Shown piece by piece: positions 49,719 to 53,548 of a DNA stretch of 53,548 nt (positions are counted from its first letter, which is position 1; the number at the start of each line of letters is the position of its first letter). The notes beneath the pieces were generated by a model. The model searched no databases. It was not told where the DNA came from and was given only the letters and a program-made list of their open reading frames with translations. Source of the DNA: Macrostomum lignano (taxonomy: Eukaryota); assembly GCA_002269645.1 (NCBI GenBank), contig NIVC01004241.1, positions 1 through 53,548 of the forward strand, read 5' to 3'. The position numbers and the translations under genes were made by a program.

Positions 49719-50964
49719 TCATTTTCCGAGAGGAGTAGCAGCAGCAGCAACAGCCGTTTTTGGCTTGCAGTTCGTCACCGAGAGCAGTTGGGAATTTCTC
49801 CCATCCAGCTCACTCGGGGTGCAGTTGTCAAACACCAGCCGACCGCTGGACGGATTAGCCTTGTACACGCCGCTTCTGTTCAAGCGCCGGTTAGTTAAAC
49901 ACAGATGAGTTGTCAGGATGGCGAGGCAGAGATTGAGCAGCACGGAGATTGCAACAGCCGCCAGTATGAGCCAGACGTGTAGGCCAGTTAATTTGACTCG
50001 AGTTTTGATTAGGTCGCAGATTTCATCGATTGATTCCATCGAATTTTCGGGCATGGTCGCGAGCCTTGTGTGTGTTGGCGCAGTTTGTGTGTTTATGGCT
50101 GTGTTGCTGCATCAAGGATGTCTAAACTGGATTGCAAAACTGGAGGTAAAAACTGTTAGACACCACGGGCAGATACAAACTGTTAGACACCACGGGCAGA
50201 TACAAACTGTTAGACACCACGGGCAGATACAAACTGTTAGACACCACGGGCAGATACAAACTGTTAGACACCACGGGCAGATACAAACTGTTAGACACCA
50301 CGGGCAGATACAAACTGTTAGACACCACGGGCAGATACAAACTGTTAGACACCATGGGCAGATGCAAACTGTTAGACACCACGGGCAGATGCAAACTGTC
50401 AGACACGGGCAGATACAAACTGTTAGACACTGGCAGATGCAAACTGTTAGACACGGTTAGATACAAACGGTTAGACACCACGGGCTGATGCAAACTGTTA
50501 GACACGGGCAGATACAAACTGTTAGACACCAGGGGCAGATGCAAACTGTTAGACACTGGCAGATGCAAACTGTTAGACACGGTTAGATACAAACGGTTAG
50601 ACACCACGGGCTGATGCAAACTGTTAGACACGGGCAGATACAAACTGTTAGACACTGGCAGATGCAAACTGTTAGACACGGTTAGATACAAACGGTTAGA
50701 CACCACGGGCTGATGCAAACTGTTAGACACGGGCAGATACAAACTGTTAGACACCAGGGGCAGATGCAAACTGTTAGACACGGGCAGATGCAAACTGTTA
50801 GATACGGGCAGATGCAAACTGTTAGAGACCAATTGGAGACAACTTACCTTCCGTAGTACCGAAGGTCTCTCGCGGAGAAAGTGAAAAGCAATCGTGTGCA
50901 AGAAGGTTTCAGGAGTGTGATTAAAACAAATGGTTTGGTTTAAGAAGGCTGCGCTGTACAGCAT
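49719..50964 (-). CDS. Probable single-pass membrane protein of unknown function, last two exons
   Basis: Exon from about 50964 (frame open to 51012) to a strong donor AAG|GTAAGT at 50848. Last exon about 50152-49719 has TM LHVWLILAAVAISVLLNLCLAILTT and a basic stop-transfer segment. Joining needs one extra base near 50105. Confidence 0.5.
50153..50830. repeat. 24/27-bp minisatellite (AAACTGTTAGACACCACGGGCAGATAC)
   Basis: About 26 units filling the intron of the 49719-50964 gene. Confidence 0.95.
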
Positions 50965-51289
50965 GGGTGGTACATATCCAGTTTCAGACCAACTTCCTGT
51001 ATTCCTATTTCTTTATCGGTGGAGCTTGTATACACATAGTTAGGTGTTTATTTAAACAGGACAACTCAATGCATGCAGGTGATTTGTGTGAAATTCGATA
51101 TCGATATATGCATTCTTAATTTGGACCAAATGGTGCAATATTTCTGTCTGTAGGTATTGAGGCTCATTGCAATAATTTGTTACGAGCTAGTATTGAGTTT
51201 CTTTGAGTAGCTATATAAAGTTGTGAAAAGTATAGAACTTAGAGAAGGAGGCCTTAGTGTCAGATATAGAGCAAAATATTATGACAGAT

Positions 51290-51775
51290 TGCTTAGTTAA
51301 GTGTCAGATAACTGTGTATTTAGTATCAGATAACCCCGACACTTAATGTCAGGTGGCCCCTACAATTAATAGACACGATTAAATGTCAGATAGCGTCCGC
51401 ATTTAGTGTCAGATAGACCCTAAATTTAGTGTCAGATAGCACCTAAATTTTCTGTCAGATAGCCCACAAAATTTGTGTCAGACAGAAAGGCAAATTTAGT
51501 GTCAGATAGCATCCGAAGTTAGCGTTAGATAGCCCCCATATTTAGTGTCAGACACCCCAAATTTAGTGTCAGACACCCCAAATTTAGTGCCAGATAGTCA
51601 CAATACTTCGTGTCAGACACCCCCAAATTTAGTGTCAGATAGCTCCCATATTTAGTGTCAGACACCCCCAAATTTAGTGTCAGATAGCTCCCATATTTAG
51701 TGTCAGACGCCCCCAAATTTAGTGTCAGATAGCTCCCATATTTAATGTCAGACACCCATAAAAAGTGTCAGACGT
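51290..51775. repeat. Degenerate TTTAGTGTCAGATAG minisatellite
   Basis: About 20 units of 21-25 bp. Confidence 0.85.
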
Positions 51776-51971
51776 CTAGAAGTTCTGTGTCAAACGGCAC
51801 AAAAAATAATGCAGACAGAAAAACTGAAAAAAACAAACTTCTAAATTTGTTTAGAAGTCTAATTTGTTAGAAATTTAAAACAAACAACCTGTTTATACCG
51901 TTGAAACATTTTTAAACTTTAAACATTATAGAACAGTATAAAATATTCGAATCAGTTAATCTACATTCAAT

Positions 51972-53548
51972 TTAATTATCATTGTCGGAAGGCCGGTTCG
52001 ATCGATTCGAAACCAGAATGAAAGTGAGCACCAGCACAGATCCGCAGGCTAAGCCAGTCATGATTAACGAATAGCCCAGCTTGTTTAACATCAGCTGAAT
52101 TGGATTGTTGCCAAACTTCACTTTGTACATTGAAATGCCTGCAGTATAAGTAAGAGTGAGTGAGGGAAAGCCATGGAGGAAAGAATAGAATGGAGTGCTA
52201 ATCTGAGCCAGTTATTTTTATCTCGCTCGATCTTAACTTTTAACATCCCTTTCCCCCCGTTCTTTCCTATTGGCTCGTGACTGCCATAGACAAAGTATTT
52301 TTCGTCTCGTTTTCGTTTTCGTTCCCCTCTGAAAGGTCTGTCCCAGCATAGTATGAGCTCGCATCAAAATACGCTCGATGCTTTCAGCCAATAGGAAGGA
52401 ACGAGGGGAAAGGGATGTTAAAAGCGAAAATCGAGCGAGATAAAAATAACTGGCTCAGATTAGCACTCCATTCTATTCTTTTTTCCATGGGGAAAGCCAT
52501 ATACATAGTCTAAAGAATATCAATGCGGCTCATGGGTACACTTAAGTTATTAACTAAGGGGTGGGGTTTGAGTGAAGATAAGATAAGGAGGGCCCGAGGG
52601 GTGGAGTGCGCGACTAAGGAAAGAGCTAGGCGAGATTGAAGAGCCAATCAGAAGGCAGCAAGGGAGACAGATAAGAATAACAAGATTGAACTGGACAGAG
52701 AGGGAGAGGAAACAGAGTAAAAGGAGACGATCAGTGCAGATGGACTGAAAACATGACTAAGAAAGTCACAGCCAGAGACTGACCATGAGAGTGAGTGAGT
52801 GAAAGCAAGAGAGTGACCATAAAGGAGTGTGTGAAAGCCAGAGAGTGACCATGAAGGAGTGTGTGAAAGCCAGAGAGTGACCATGAGAGTGAGTGTATCA
52901 AAGACAAAGAGTGACCGTGAGAGTGAGTCTTGAGTGTGCGAAAGCCAGAGAGTGACCGTGAGAGTGAGTGTGTGAACGCCAGAGAGTGACCGTGAGAGTG
53001 AGTATGTGAAAGCCAGAGAGTGACCGTGAGAGTGAGTCATAAGTGAGTGAAAGCCAGAGAGTGACCGTGAGAGTGAGTCATGAGTGTGTGAAAGCCAGAG
53101 AGTGACCGTGAGAGTGAGTCATGAGTGAGTGAAAGCCAGAGAGTGACCGTGACAGTGAGTGAGTGAGTGAGTGAGTGAGTGAGTGAGTGAGTGAGTGAGC
53201 GGCTGTCAGCAGATGTCACTAGAACTCACCGGTGCACAGGCAGGCCAACACGGCATTAATAAGCATCAGAGCCAGCAGTGAGCAGGCTGTAGTCATGTGC
53301 ATGTCAAACGCAGTCTGTCTAAGCAGCTCCATCTGCCTCTGTTCTCGAGTTTTTCCCACAACAAGCTCGGCCTCGTCTGCCCGCTCATCCTGCCAGAGTC
53401 GAGCCAGGGGTGCGTAAGCCAGATATGGCGGCTCCTCCATGGCGCTGATTTCTGCTAAGCGTTCACTGATTAACGACTCAAATGATGCGGCTAAAGGCTT
53501 AGAAGATTTATTGCCTCTCGGTGTGTATAGGTGAGCAAATCGCCTACG
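51972..53548 (-). CDS. Partial membrane protein, two C-terminal TM helices, 5' end beyond window
   Basis: The frame is open from the window edge to donor G|GTGAGT at 53230. It joins in phase 1 to acceptor CTGCAG|GC at 52138, giving ...ACSLLALMLINAVLACLCTGISMYKVKF...LGYSLIMTGLACGSVLVLTFILVSNRSNRPSDNDN* (stop at 51972). Confidence 0.65.
52172..52489. mobile_element. MITE, 318 bp, about 110-bp TIRs, 8-bp TSD (hAT or P superfamily)
   Basis: CATGGAGGAAAGAATAGAATGGAGTGCTAATCTGAGCC... pairs with its reverse complement at the right end. Perfect TSD GGGAAAGC at 52164-52171 and 52490-52497. Confidence 0.92.
52780..53198. repeat. GAGAGTGACCGTGAGAGTGAGT minisatellite plus (GAGT)n
   Basis: Degenerate 34-44-bp units followed by a GAGT run, in the intron of the 51972-53548 gene. 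Confidence 0.9.

Noticed and set aside
21645-53198. CRISPR-like appearance of 20-49-bp repeats
   Set aside because: Units are head-to-tail without unique spacers, no cas genes are present, and the context is eukaryotic.
20000-53200. Selection for array unit lengths divisible by three
   Set aside because: Multiples of three (12, 21, 24/27, 33, 33) are balanced by non-multiples (20, 23, 31, 32/34, 49, 67, 86), so no clear excess.
1-53548. Programmed ribosomal frameshifting as the cause of the broken ORFs
   Set aside because: No slippery heptamers or downstream structures were noticed at the breaks. They fall mid-domain and mostly look like 1-nt losses in short runs.

Overview
Animal genomic DNA with GT-AG introns, GC-rich exons and minisatellite-packed introns. 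The style resembles a free-living flatworm such as Macrostomum, but that is inference only. Nothing prokaryotic was seen: no CRISPR, rRNA or true tRNA. Genes assembled by eye: (1) a complete 4-exon Xaa-Pro dipeptidase PEPD (minus, 500 aa); (2) a nested, same-strand, intronless PAN + C-type lectin gene in PEPD intron 2; (3) a compact Gab/DOS/SOC-1-like PH adaptor (plus, 3 exons); (4) an F-box/LRR gene (minus, one unresolved frame break); (5) a 6-exon secreted 3xIg + GPI-signal IgLON/lachesin-like gene (plus, 407 aa); (6) two partial membrane-protein genes at the right end. Mobile DNA: the 5' half of a Mag-like Ty3/gypsy LTR element, a long-TIR mariner derivative, CORE-SINEs, a hAT-like element, a MULE with a 9-bp TSD, and MITEs. 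About 18 tandem arrays occur, two with higher-order periods. The most interesting pattern is that several intronic minisatellites repeat splice signals (donor, AG|GT, branch point, acceptor) on the sense strand. This is a hypothesis with counter-examples, not an established system. All coordinates and counts were read by eye.
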